Part shown: positions 38,538-51,039 of the stretch, one piece after another | Layout of the letters: each line of letters begins with the position of its first letter | Numbering within the stretch: position 1 is the stretch's first letter | NCBI RefSeq assembly: GCF_006345805.1 | Contig: NC_043005.1 | Location: 31,124,001 to 31,188,000 of the forward strand | Reading direction: 5' to 3' | DNA from: Octopus sinensis | Taxonomy: Eukaryota | DNA: 64,000 bases | The notes under the pieces: model-generated | What the model saw: only the letters and a program-made list of their open reading frames with translations | Told to the model about the DNA's origin: nothing | Database searches by the model: none | Made by a program: the position numbers and the translations under genes

Positions 38538-38880
38538 GAAGGCGCATGGCTCAGTGGTTAGAGCGTCGAGCTTACGATCGTGAGGGTTTTGTGAGCTCGA
38601 ATCCCGGATGGATAGGGCTGCGTGTTGTGTTCTTGAGCAAGGCACTTTATTTCACGTTGCTCCAGTTCACTCAGCTGTAGAAATGAGTTGCGACGTCACT
38701 GGTGCCAAGCTGTATCGACCTTTGTCTTTCCCTTGGATAACACTGGTGGCGTGGAGGGGGAGGCTGGTATGCATGGGCGACTGCTGGGTCTTCCATAAAA
38801 CAACCTGCCCGGACTTGTGTCTAGGAGGGTAACTTTCTAGGTGCAATCCCATGGTCTGTGTCGTGACCGAAGGGGGTCTC
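38538..38880 (+). mobile_element. tRNA-derived CORE-type SINE
   Basis: GGCGCATGGCTCAGTGGTTAG head; CORE-like GTGTTCTTGAGCAAGGCACTT..CAGCTGTAGAAATGAG. Confidence 0.75.
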
Positions 38881-39297
38881 CGATATATATATATAGATAT
38901 ATATATATGTATATATATTAATATATGTATGTATATATTATAATGTATGTATATATATATATGTATGTATTATATGTATGTATATATATATGTATGTATA
39001 TATGTATGTATATATATATAATTGTATGTATATATATGTATGTATGTATGTATATATATGTATGTATGCATATATATATGTATGTATGTATATATATATA
39101 TGTATATATATATATATGTATGTATGTATATATATATATGTATGTATGTATGTATATATATATATGGATGTATGTATGTATGTATATATATTATATATAG
39201 ATGTATGTATGTATGTATGTATATATATGTATATATATGTATGTATGTATGTATGTATATATTATATATATATATATATAGTATGTATGTATGTATG

Positions 39298-39340
<43 letters not shown>

Positions 39341-39403
39341 ATATGTCTGTATGATATATATATATATATGTATGTATGTATGTATTTATGTATGTATGTA
39401 TAC

Positions 39404-40026
39404 ATGCTGCCAACAAAGCGCGAGGAATTCTGTTTTGATTCGACGGTCATTCGGAATGCTCACAGCAGCCATATTCCTGCCACTCTATGTCACGCTGGTG
39501 AGGACCCATATTGGAGTATGGGATTCAAGCCTCTTCTCCTTATCTCCTCAAAGACATACAGCACCTCGAAAGAGTCCAGAGGCTGGCTACCCGCATGGTT
39601 CATGGTCTCAAAAATTTGTCCTACGAAGAAAGGCTGAGGACGCTCGACTTTGTTCTCTTGAAAAACGCCGCCGCCGTGGTGATCTCATTCTCGCCCACAA
39701 CATCATAAGCGGGAAGTGTAACCTCTCGAAAGAGCTGTTCTTCACTCCTGCTCCGGAGCGTCGGCTGCGGGGTCATTCCGAAAAGCTCTACCTGCGACGA
39801 TTTCATCTCATCGAAGGAGAGGAGCTTTCTCCGTTCGGGTTGCGGATCCGTGGAACAAGCTGCCAGACGAGATGGTGAAGATGCCGACGACCGCTTTGTT
39901 CAAAGCCTCCCTGGACCTCAAGTGGCCTGACTCTTTACATGAACACCACCCTGTACTTAACTCCATGTCCCCCTACATGGCCTTGCTATTTGCTTTTGAG
40001 CCAAATTAACTAACTAACTAACTAAC
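39404..40026 (+). mobile_element. CR1-clade LINE 3' fragment with (CTAA)n tail
   Basis: LYVTLVR..LEYG..DIQHLERVQRLATRMV.GLKNLSYEERL..RRRRGDLI. Confidence 0.85.
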
Positions 40027-40059
40027 ATATATATATAATATATATATTATATATTTATA

Positions 40060-41057
40060 TATATATAAAACTGAGAATGTGTGTCTGTCTGTCTGTCTGT
40101 GTGTTTCCCTAAAACTTGAGAATTACGCAACCAATTTCATTCAAATTTTACACATGCCTTACTTAGGGTCCATGTAGTTTCATGGGCAAAAAATGTTCAA
40201 CTTTTTGCATAGAGCGAGCCCACAGCAATATCATATCTTCTCCACTCTTCAGTATTACGTGTTAAAAGTGAAACAAAAACGTTTCTCTATTTTATGTCAG
40301 ATACTTTCACTTTAACAATAAAAATAATAATAACAATTGAATATATATGTAGTAGAATAATTAAAATCAAACTAAAGTAACATGACAAAAGTAAAAATAG
40401 CAATTGATATAAAATTGCTCAATGACTGAATTTGAATAAGTGGTTTCACATGAATGGGAATAAATTAAAAATAAGATTAGCGTGCAGAAAGGAATAGTCC
40501 AGATGGATAATAAAAAATTAATTAAAGAAAAGACTATTGTCTATAAAGTATACATGTTAGAGAAAAAAAGAAGATTTCAACACATGGAGGAAAGCACCTT
40601 CGAAAAGTGTCTTGGTGCGACTATGAAAGGTATCTAATCAGAGGCGGTAAATTCGCCACAATAGAAGTAAGGTTCGAGTCAACGGAGCGTGCAAGGGAGT
40701 ACTCGACTCGAACTTGCAAAGTGGAAATATTTTATTTTTACCTTTATATCTGGGACGTAGGACGTCCCGGATAAAAAATTTAAATGCCCCCCCCTCTGAA
40801 GTAGAGGTAGGCTGGATTGTAGCCACACTTATATACAAGAGGGAGGACAAGATACAATTGATCGAAATTACAAGAGACGGGCTAACAATTCCAGTCTGTT
40901 ATATATTTTGAGTATTGTTATCACTAGCGATATCAAGATATAACTTTGTATTTTGTATTTTATGTGTAGATGTATATATATAGATGTACATGTAATATGT
41001 ACACATATATACATGCACTAGCACTATGACCCGGCAAAGACGGGTCTTTAATGCTAG
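40060..41057 (+). mobile_element. Non-autonomous Helitron/Helentron (DINE/HINE-like)
   Basis: 5' TATATATAAAA followed by a (GTCT)n microsatellite; 3' hairpin GACCCG-GCAAAGA-CGGGTC then CTAG|T. Confidence 0.65.
40500..40911 (+). mobile_element. Probable L1/Tx1 ORF1 fragment inside the Helentron
   Basis: Frameshifted TIVYKVY..ATIEVRFES..LFLPLYLGRRTSRI..VGWIVATL; recognised from memory only. Confidence 0.4.
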
Positions 41058-41079
41058 TATATATATATATATATATAGA

Positions 41080-41127
<48 letters not shown>

Positions 41128-41164
41128 TATAATCAAAATAAGGAACAAGGATATCCAGAGATAA

Positions 41165-41250
41165 TGCAGTACGATCGTTTCATGCCACTCCATTTAATTG
41201 AACAATGCATTCATTACATCAATTTAAATGTAGAGCGATCTTCAGCTGCA
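41165..41250 (-). ncRNA. Type I hammerhead-like motif, family C (sense to CTR1 pre-mRNA)
   Basis: TGCAG-CTGAAGA-T-[long irregular stem II]-T-GAAA-C(GATC)G-TA-CTGCA. Predicted cleavage after 41170. Confidence 0.7.
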
Positions 41251-41420
41251 CAAAGATATAGAATTTAATTAAATTAGGACACACTAGTATAATTTTATCC
41301 AAAAATCTCCAAGAGGTAAGGAGATAGGAAGAAAAGAACATGTTTTACCAATACTTGATTTTTCTTTTTCTCGAATTGCTCCACCCTACTGCTCTTAGTA
41401 TGTATAAAGATCTTATTGCC

Positions 41421-41826
41421 TCTTTTACTCTTTACTCTTTACTTGTTTCAGTCATTTGACTGCGGCCATGCTGGAGCACCCCTTTAATCGAGCAACTCGA
41501 CACCGGAAACTTATCTTTTGTAAGCCAGTACTTATTCTATCGGTCTCTTTTGCCGAACGCTAAGTAACAGGGACATAAACACACCAGCATCGGTTGTCAA
41601 GCAATGCTAGGGGACAAAACCAGACACACAAAACACCACACACGCAATATATACATATATACGACGGGCTTCTTTCAGTTTCCGTCTACCAAATCCACTC
41701 ACAAGGCTTTGGTCGGCCCGAGGCTATAGTAGAAGACACTTGCCCAAGGTGCCACGCCAGTGGGGCATGAACCCGGAACCATGTGGTTGGTAAACAAGCT
41801 ACTTACCACACAGCCACTCCTGCGCC
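41421..41826 (-). mobile_element. Octopus SINE, full length
   Basis: Reverse complement of the 18904-19400 family. Confidence 0.85.
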
Positions 41827-42997
41827 ATAAATAACCTTTCTAAATAAGTACGAATTAAAAAATATATATATCATGTAGGGTGTAATAATAACAATTTCTT
41901 AAACCTATAATATAACCCTTAATTTTATAAAAAGATTAGTTGATAGTAAAAGTTTGCTCCATAACTTAATTATTTTTTTAGCCGATATTAAACATCAGTC
42001 TTTTATAGATTTTACCGTGACAAGTAAATATAATTTTTAGTCTAACATTTTGAATTACTAAATTATTTTCTAAAAATCTTCCCTATTGATGTTAACAAGC
42101 TAAATATACCTTACCATAGTTTTAGTAAGTAAACCATTTTACACCTTTTCTATAATGTTCTACCAATGATAATTTTATTTTTAAAACTAGCTCTAATTAA
42201 TTTATTTATAAAATTACTCTAAGTCTTGTATCTCTATAAATTTCATACTCAGCTTATATAAAGCTATGCCGGTATATTCACTACTTAAAATAAAAAATCT
42301 ACTTAGACTAAAATTTTAAATATATAATTGACATGTTTGTTTACCTCAATTTTCCTTTATTAATACCACTAAATACAATTTAATCAATAATTAAAGATAT
42401 ATGTTAAGTTAGTATTTAAGTATATAAATATTGAACTATTTCTATATTTTCTGTCCCTCTATTGTGTAAAATTTTGATATATACTGAAAGAATTCATAAA
42501 TATTCTTCTTAATAATCTTTGGAATAACCCTAAACTTTATCTGTATATATAGATCTGCATTGTTTTATAGTAGTTAACTGTAGTACTATATGATAAGACT
42601 CCCCCTGTCCCATTAGCATTGGTCTGCTTAATAGCAGCCAACATCTTGTCTGAAGTATTCTCTTACCAAGCCTCATGGCGTTGCTTCAAATAAATCTTCA
42701 TTTATGGTTATGCCATTTAGAAGGTCTATCTACTCTACCCCACCCCAAACTGATACTACCCTCTGTCGTCTCTCAGATTTGATAAACTAGTCTATAACAT
42801 AAAAACTGACCCCCGTAATTAAAACTAAATAACAGAAATAATCAGTGAAAAGCAGTGTCTTCTTTGAAAAAAAATTCAGTTACAACTGTGATGTTGTTGG
42901 TAAAACATGTTCTTTGTCTATCTTCTTATCCTCTTGGAGATTTTGGATAAAATTAAACTAATGTGTCCTTCAAATTTAATTAAAGTCTATGCTTTTG

Positions 42998-43084
42998 TGC
43001 AGCTGAAGATTGCTCTACATTTTAAATTGATGTAATGATTGCATTGTTCAATTAAATGGAGTGGCATGAAACGATCGTACTGCA
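42998..43084 (+). ncRNA. Type I hammerhead-like motif, family C (antisense to CTR1)
   Basis: Same fold with perfect 5-bp stem I, CUGAAGA, GAAA, palindromic ACGATCGT stem III and GUA site. Confidence 0.75.
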
Positions 43085-43331
43085 TTACCTCTGGATATAC
43101 TTGTTGCTTATTTCGATTTTAATCACCTTATTTTAAATTTTATGGATAATGCCATACAAAATTCTGGTGCCTCAACTTAAGTACCGTATTCATCTGAATC
43201 TAAATTATATATATATATTAAAGAATATAGAGATATACAATTGACATAATAAAAATTTATTTACATTATAATATAATATAATTATACTATAAAAGATATA
43301 ATATAATATAGCAAATAATTAAAGCAAATAT

Positions 43332-43418
43332 ATATCCTAAAATTTCTTTCGATTTATATCCGCCAGAGAATTTATAAAAATTCACATTTATGCATATGGG
43401 TCTCCTCAGGGTAATATT
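43332..43418 (-). ncRNA. Degenerate type I hammerhead-like motif, family G, copy 1
   Basis: AATATTACC-CTGAGGA-GACCCATAT..ATATAAATC-GAAA-GAAATTT-TA-GGATAT; stem II 6/9 paired. Confidence 0.4.
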
Positions 43419-43637
43419 TGTCTACAAAAAAAAACAGACAAAATTTCATGCAATGACTGCTAAATCATAACACAGACTGATTTAACATATACCTATGTTT
43501 ACAAGCGTGAGCATTAATAATTTAAAAATAAATTAAATAAGCAAAACAACGGCAATAGAATGTTCTTATGCATCTTTAATAATATTAATCTAAAGATATT
43601 TTAATCTAAAATAATCACTGCTCATATTTATTAAATA

Positions 43638-44040
43638 GGCGTAGGAGTGGCTGTGTGGTAAGTAGCTTGCTTCCCAACAACATGGTTCCGGGTTAAGTCC
43701 TACTGCGTGGCACCTTGGGCAAGTGTTTCCTACTATAGCCCCGGGCCGACCAAAGTCTTGTGAGTGGATTTGGTGGACGGAAACTGAAGGAAGTCCGTCG
43801 TATATATATATATTTGCATGTATTTGTGTGTCAGTGTTCGTTCCCCACCATCGCTTGACAACCGATGCTGGTGTGTTTACGTCCCCGTAACTTAGAGGTT
43901 CGGCAGAACAGACCGATAGAATAAGTACTAGGCTTACAAGGAATAAATTCTGGGGCCGATTTGTTCGACTAAAGGCGGTGCTCCAGCATGACCGTAGTCA
44001 AATGACTGAAACAAGTAAAAGAATAAAGGAATAAAAGAAT
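43638..44040 (+). mobile_element. Octopus SINE, full length
   Basis: GGCGTAGGAGTGGCTGTGTGG head to (GAATAAAA)n tail. Confidence 0.85.
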
Positions 44041-44620
44041 AGTAAAATCTATATAAAATGTTAAAATTTTATGGTGGAGTAGGAAATATATTTAATTTAA
44101 AATTTCTATATACTATTATAAAAAAATAAAAGGATATATTTTATTCAGACACTAAATTCAATAAAAAAACTTTTAATCAAAAATTTCTACTAATAAAAAA
44201 CGTTAACAGTTCACGTTTTAACCGGATGAAGAAAACTGATTAGAATTATGAAGACTCAAATCTACACTGTATATTCTATAAAAATCAAGCATTTCCTGTA
44301 ATTTACATTAAGCGATTCCATATAATCATTTACTTATTTCAAAATTTCACAAATATTTAACGTTTCCATACTTTAAAAAGTTTTTGTTACTTTTGTTTCT
44401 TTTTAGATGATCTTTACACACATACATAAATACATACATACATATGTATGTGTGTGTGTGTGTGTGTGTGTATGTACTTTATTTATGGGTATATATAAAT
44501 ATACACATATCAAAGGAAACAGAGAAATAAATTGACATGTTAAAAATTTATTTACATTATTATATAATATAATTATAATATAAAAAAGATATAATATGAT
44601 ATAATATAACAAAACAAATA

Positions 44621-44709
44621 AATATCCTATAATTTGTTTCGATTCATATCCACTAGTGAATTTATAAAAATTCGCATTTATGCATATGAGTTTCTTCAGG
44701 GTAATATTT
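44621..44709 (-). ncRNA. Degenerate type I hammerhead-like motif, family G, copy 2
   Basis: AATATTACC-CTGAAGA-AACTCATAT..ATATGAATC-GAAA-CAAATTA-TA-GGATATT; stem II 7/9 paired. Confidence 0.45.
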
Positions 44710-45479
44710 GTCTAAAAAATAAGATAAAATTTCATGCAAGGACTGCTAATTCATAAAATAGACGTATTTGAAATATGCCTATGTTTGCAAGCGTGAACAT
44801 TAATAATATTAGTCTAAAGTTATATTAATCTAAAATAAACACTGTCCAAATTTATTAAATAATAAATTCTATATAATATGTTAAGAATTTATGGACGAGT
44901 AGGAAATATATTTATTTGTAATATCCGAACTTTTATCATTCGATAATGAATATGCAAATCAGTTATTAAAACTGCATATTCTGAAACTCTTCAATGAGCG
45001 TAGTTTCCAAAAGTCAATGATAAAAGTGCACTTTTGTGTGATTTTCCGCAAATGTACGCTATACAAACAAAACTATAATGAACAATTTGCAAAGCAACCT
45101 GAGACAAGTTAAATTTTCTCACAAAAGATTTATTTCTATCATCGCAATCAAGTTTATTATTGGTTTCCGACAGCTATACAGCATCAAAGTAACTCCTTTA
45201 CTTCTTTCTTGACTTATATTTGCAAATACATTATTTGAGGTACATTTTCAGGTTTCCCAACATTAAATAACATCAACAACAAAAACAAGTGAAATATAAA
45301 TAGAAAATGTAGGGAACAATATTTCATCAACTTGGATCAAATATATAGTATATATTACATGTAGCTGCGTTAACCTAATGAAAGGTTGTTGTATATCAAC
45401 ACAGCTTCTTATCCACGGCTTATTGTCTTTAAAAACCTCGTAAAGAGCTTGGTTAAGGACCGCATCTTCCATATACTGA

Positions 45480-45680
45480 ACCTAATTCTCACAAAAGAGA
45501 GCGCTATCTTTAAGTTCTCTTGTTTTCCCCACCCTTCACAATGAGTGTGAACACTTGCTTTGGAAAGATCTTCCTTAAATTAGTAGATAAGTTTTTGTCA
45601 CGGTCACATAGGTATAGTGAATTATTCAAAAGACATAACTTAAGGGTCACATTCAGCTGTGCACTAACAGCTTGGAGACC
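45480..45680 (+). mobile_element. PLE C-terminal fragment
   Basis: FSPPFTMSVNTCFGKIFLKLVDKF..LFKRHNLRVTFSC resembles the PLE FNPP..TN.GK.FL.L.DK..KVSYSC motif. Confidence 0.55.
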
Positions 45681-45849
45681 GCTATCCTACATATGTTACA
45701 TTAATGATGATGAGAACCAGATCAGAACCCATACCAGATCGGTTAGAGATCTAGTCAACAAGGGCTTGGCCTTTCACTTCCTATTAAGGAAGAAATGATA
45801 ACCTCCACCCTAATAGCTGATGAACAAGGGCTATAGAGGACGAATACCA

Positions 45850-46450
45850 AGGAAAAATGTCACCCTCGGTACCAGGAATCAAACAACCCTCCGAGAACCA
45901 AGAAAACTTGAGGAACTAGCTCACTAAGTGAACAGATATGAGTGGAATATCACAATATCACTCATATGCGGTGGAAGAGATACGGCGAGAAAGCCAATGA
46001 TGAGGGCCATATGTTCTATTATAGCAGCAGGAAAGACAAACATGAACAAGGCGTCGGATTTCTCGTGAAAATAGTTACTATCAAGTCAGTAATGGGATTT
46101 CATTCCATCTCCAGCGGGAACTGCACCATACCACTGAAGGCATTACTCCTTTTCATCACAGTTGTCCAAGTATATGCTCTTACGTCGGACTACGATGACG
46201 AACAAATGGAAATTTCTTCAACCATCTCTAAGGAATACATGACCAAACACCCAAGAAGGATATCGTCATTGTACTTGGTGACTATAATGAACACGATTTT
46301 TCGTAATGCGGTCTATATGGCTACCACCAAGTCAGTAATAGGATTTCATTCCATCTCCAGCGGGAACTGCACCATACCACTGAGGGCATTACTCCTTTGC
46401 ATCACCGCATATGAGCGATATCGTGATATTCAGAACCTTATGAAGATGTC
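45850..46450 (+). mobile_element. RTE-clade APE endonuclease fragment with internal duplication
   Basis: RWK..GE..EGH.FYYS..KHEQGVGFLVK..VQVYA..DYDDEQ. About 80 bp duplicated (about 46075-46160 and 46320-46405). Confidence 0.75.
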
Positions 46451-47769
46451 GTAGGCACAAACACAATCAGGCTATACATACACATGTTGATGAGATGTTA
46501 GGAGTTTCAAGAAAGAATATAAAGAACAGTGGTAACCATATAGACCGCATTACGAAAAATCGTGTACAAAAGATTACGAGGATCATGAGAATCTCATGTC
46601 TAAGTCCCCCATAGAGCCGGCAGCGTAGCAAGGTATCTCTCCATAATTCAGATATTTCGGAACATTTTTCTGTTTCTGCGTGTGCAGTAAATTCCTGTGC
46701 TGCTATGTTTAAGAAGGGGTTTACCATTATTTAATATAATCTCCAACTCTTCCTTTGTTCATAATCCACAGGAACACTTAAATCACAGGTAAGATATCGC
46801 ATTTGTCAGAAAACATGAATCCAATCTAGCTAAGTTTAGAATAATCAGCTAGTGATTAAGGTGCTTACTAGTGATTAGGAGAGTGTCGCCCCTATTGCGG
46901 AATTAGAAATTTGAGCCTGAAATTAAGGAATTATAAGGAAAAAAACTCATATAACATATTTGATATTATGTTTACTCATTACGAGGTTCTTAATACTTCT
47001 AGTCGGTGGTAATCTCGAATAGTACTATATATTCTTTTAAGAAATTGTCCGTATGATATAACGTGTGACTTATTAAAGAGAAAGCTTATGAAAAGAAACA
47101 TTTCATTAAAAAGGCAATAATTTCAATCTTGAGGAAATTCATGGGAGGTATGTTTGTTTATAACGTTAGTTTAGAAAACAAAAGATCAGAAAGCAAGTTC
47201 TGAGTGTTTACATGCAAAATGATAACTGTTTCCAGGAATGTGTGCCTTATGAAAATATCATATTGTTGCCTATAATTGCAGTTCTACAAATTCACAAGCT
47301 ATTTATTCTTTGATGCGTAGACATTCTTTCACAGTTACTGTTTTATACTATGTCGTGTATTGAACTCTTGATCAATATATAACAAATGCTTTACGTTTGT
47401 TTAAATAATTAAAAACCGCCAGTCACATGATATGCTCGAGTTTTATGTGAAATTGTTCGACTTTTTCCTATAAATTGCAATTAAACTAACCGGGGGAAAA
47501 AACCATTGATTCTATCACCCTTTTGATTAGTTAACTACTTAAATTGTATCGTGAGTTAAATTGTTTTCGCTGTTAATTTTCTGACATATATTCCCTTAGC
47601 AAAAGCATGAGTAAAAGCAACAGTAAATTACAAAGAAAAGAGAGTTGGAGCAAGGATGTCATCCTACTTGACACCATTCCCTACAGGAATGGGTCCGGCC
47701 ATGCCACCCCAACATTGACCCAAGCCTCCATCCCATCATGAAATGATTTAATTATAGATACAAAGTAAC

Positions 47770-48970
47770 CCGGACATCCAAGTTTGCCATGTGTTTTCCA
47801 TAGCAAGGCCTTGTTCACAGTATCAAAGGCCTTGGTTAAATCTCTTGCATCCGACTTGCTGTGAAAATCATATCCATTGTCCCTCTACCAGATCGGAAGC
47901 CACATTGAGATTCAGATAGGACATCATTTACGAGACACCCATTCAGGCGGTTAAGAAGAATATTTGCCAGAACCTTGCGAGTAGCCAATAGTAGAGCAAT
48001 ACCTCTGTAGTTACAACACATTGTTCTGGCTTCTTTTCCTTTATAGAGAGGAAGAATATTTGCATCTTACTAGTCATTAGGCATTGCACCATCCCTCCAG
48101 ACTACAGTAATAAGTTCATGAAGAGACTGTATGATGTAATCATCACCAAATCGTAAAACCTGAGTAGAAATTCCATCCCTTCCATGTGCCCTACCAAGAT
48201 TGAATTTAATTATTAATGTCATTACCTCATCTATTGAGGGCGCGGTATTTAAGGAGCCGATGATAGGTCTTTGCTACATAGTATCAATCACTGTTTTATA
48301 CACCACTGACTCATGGTTTAGGAGTCCAGAGAAGTGTTCAAAAGATTCCTTGGAAAGCAAAAGAGCTAATGCAGAGCTTTTAGGCCCATAAACTTGTTTC
48401 ATAAGATGGTAAAGCTTCTTGCTGTCATTTGCATCTGCAGCAGCCTGAACATCACGAGCAAGATCCTTCCACTAAGTGTTCTGCATCTTCTGATTTTTCA
48501 CTGCTATAGTGGGTAAGTGATAGATTTCGCTGCACAACTGAAAGTCCTCTGCGTAACAATACATTGAGGGTATGGCGTTTTACAACAAATAGCCGTTGAA
48601 CTTCAGCCTCATTTTCATCAAAACAGTATCTGTGTCTGGCAATAGCATATCCCAGTATTTCAGCAGCACATTGAAGAAGATGGTCTCGAAAATCTTCTCA
48701 TACTGTAGTATTTTCAATGCTGGGCAAGCGAATCTGAAGCTCTTTCCTCAACACAACATCATATATATTGTGGATATTCAGACGCCGAGGAATGCCAACT
48801 GGCCTTCTTTTCTCTTTCACTCTAACCATCATCCGGAACTTTGCTCGCCCCAGACTGTGGTCTGTCCAGCATTCCGATCCATGAAAGGACTTGACATTAC
48901 AAATGTCATAGATGTCACACAAACCCCGACACTAGAACCAGCACTACCACCTCTAGCTGGCGTAACAGTA
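47770..48970 (-). mobile_element. RTE (BovB-like) LINE fragment, APE end to early RT
   Basis: ECWTDHSL, NYRGIALL, LSESQCGFRSGRGTMDMIF. Confidence 0.8.
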
Positions 48971-49019
48971 AAGCCAACAATAACATGAATAACAACACCC
49001 ACACCTACAACAATGAGAA

Positions 49020-49215
49020 AACTAATAAGAAGACTGATAATAATAACAGTAGCAGTAATAATAACAATAACAATAACAATAACTGTATTCTATAAGAATA
49101 ATGACAATAGTGAGGATAGTAATAACAACAACAACAACAACAATAACAACGAAAACAACGATGAAAATAAGCAAACCAACACAAACAATACTGATAAAAA
49201 TACACACAGAAACAC
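49020..49215. repeat. Compound trinucleotide microsatellite (AAT/AAC)
   Basis: Seen directly. Confidence 0.9.
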
Positions 49216-49823
49216 CACTACCAAGGCCACCACCACAGACATTTCCAAACTACATCCATACAACGTAACTCCACATCACCAACATGAAAATAGTGCAGCC
49301 ATCGGTGTCAGTATCGCTAGCGATGTGGCTAACCTCAATTAGCACATAGAAGCTCGGTTAATAACATAGAGGTTAATGTATTATCAACGCATAGAACAGA
49401 GATGCCATCTAGATAACAAAGGCAACACATATAATAAGAGACAGACCGAGACTCAACTGAAAATACAAATGAATCATAAATACCCCCACCAGCACACTAC
49501 GCAACACGACGACTTAAGACAGAAGTGGGAAAAAGACACAAACCAAACACACTATAATACATAAATCCATATACACACTCACAAAGGAGACATACATATT
49601 TATGATGAAATAAAGCAAAAGTGATAAATAAATAAATAAATGAAAGAAAAATGTCACAAATACAAACAATATAGTAAGCAAACTCATATGTACACATACA
49701 AAACACAGTCACGTGTACACATAGTCACAGATACAGACACAAATGCGTGTGCAGATAAGGATACACACCATACAAAGACAGAATGGACTAAACAGGACAG
49801 GAGGAAACATGTGCGATAGAAGA

Positions 49824-49866
49824 GTCTCTGAAGAGGTCACAGGTGTGTGATGAAAGATTTCCAGAC
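49824..49866 (+). ncRNA. Weak hammerhead-like motif
   Basis: GTCT-CTGAAGA-G-GTCACA(GGTG)TGTGAT-GAAA-GATT-TC-C-AGAC; one extra C at the cleavage site. Confidence 0.35.
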
Positions 49867-49996
49867 GATGGACATAAGATAAAATAAGAACAATAATAAA
49901 CGGGTGAAGAACGAATATACAACACCTATGTTTATTTGGCAAGAAAAACATTACCATCCTGGAAAATAACAATATTGAATTTCCTTTTCTTTTTTT

Positions 49997-50378
49997 CTTT
50001 TATTCTTACTTGTTTCAGTCATTTGACTGTGGCCATGCTGGAGCACCGCCTTTAGTCGAGCAAATCGACCCCAGGACTTATTCTTTGTAAGCCTAGCACT
50101 TATTCTATCGGTCTCTTTTTCCGAATCGCTAAGTTACGGGGACGTAAACACACCAGCATCGGTTGTCAAGCGATGTTGGGGGGACAAGCACAGATACACA
50201 AACAGATCCACACACATACATATATATATGTACATATATTCGACGGGCTTCTTTCAATTTCCGTTTACCAAATCCACTCACAAGGCTTTGGTCGGCCCGA
50301 GGCTATAGCAGAAGCCCCTTGCCCAAGGTGCTATGTGGTTGGTAAGCAAGCTACTTACTACACAGGCATTCCTGCGCC
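49997..50378 (-). mobile_element. Octopus SINE with B-box region deleted
   Basis: Same family; lacks the CCACGCAGTGGGACTGAACCCGGAACC segment seen in other copies. Confidence 0.8.
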
Positions 50379-51039
50379 TAACAAATAATATATTTGTATT
50401 TGGATTAACATCAAGCTTCTAATGTGTAGTCATTTTTGTGTTACACATAAATTACTAAATACAAACTTGATAGACAATACCTAATATATGAATGACCGAT
50501 GAGCCACTGTCATTTAAGGTCAAACAGAAATACATTATCTTACAATTTTTTTGATACCCGCTTTCATTAAGCGAATTAAGAAGAAAATAAGGGAAGTAGA
50601 AATGATTATTATATAGCTGACACGGTAACAACGTCGGAAAATGAAGTCAGAACTGCCATATATACAAATAAATATAATAAATGCTCATGCAGAGAGAAAT
50701 CAAAATACCCATTGCTGAACCTCTGTATGAGTACAAATCTTGTATATAAATGTTCCATGCACACAAGGGAAGGGCCATATGCACACATGCACACAAGGGA
50801 AGGGCAAGCGGCGGTAGGGTGGAAGGCATACATATCTGTGTTTGTAAATGTGCTTTCTTTTGTGTTTTGGTTAAATTCTTGTGGCATTTCTGTATGCATT
50901 CGGTGTGTGTAGGTGTACAGTATGTGTGAGTGCTTATATTGTAGTGAAAAAATCTATTAGGTGGGTGTCGTCGATCTGGCCGCTTCTCACTCACTACTTC
51001 TTCCCTCACTTTCTATTAGCTATACTGCATCCTCATTAT

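Larger units (their letters stand above)
41131..43118. mobile_element. Family C element: about 220-bp inverted termini each carrying a hammerhead, around a decayed CR1-like RT
   Basis: 41131-41351 inverted at 42897-43118. Minus-strand interior with QG(G)VLS, VRLK, LSY and RG.I..KI-like remnants; SINE inserted at 41421-41826. Confidence 0.75.
43240..44920 (-). repeat. Two diverged tandem units (about 43240-44100 incl. SINE; about 44530-44920), each with a hammerhead-like motif
   Basis: Colinear alignment by eye. The first unit carries a SINE and a 54-bp extra segment that the second lacks. Confidence 0.8.

Noticed and set aside
41830-42890. Tc1- or piggyBac-type transposase between the family C inverted termini
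   Set aside because: A Tc1-like C-terminal resemblance was seen in one frame, but no DDE or SPDLNPIE motifs. Non-LTR RT remnants in homologous copies fit better. Not fully excluded.
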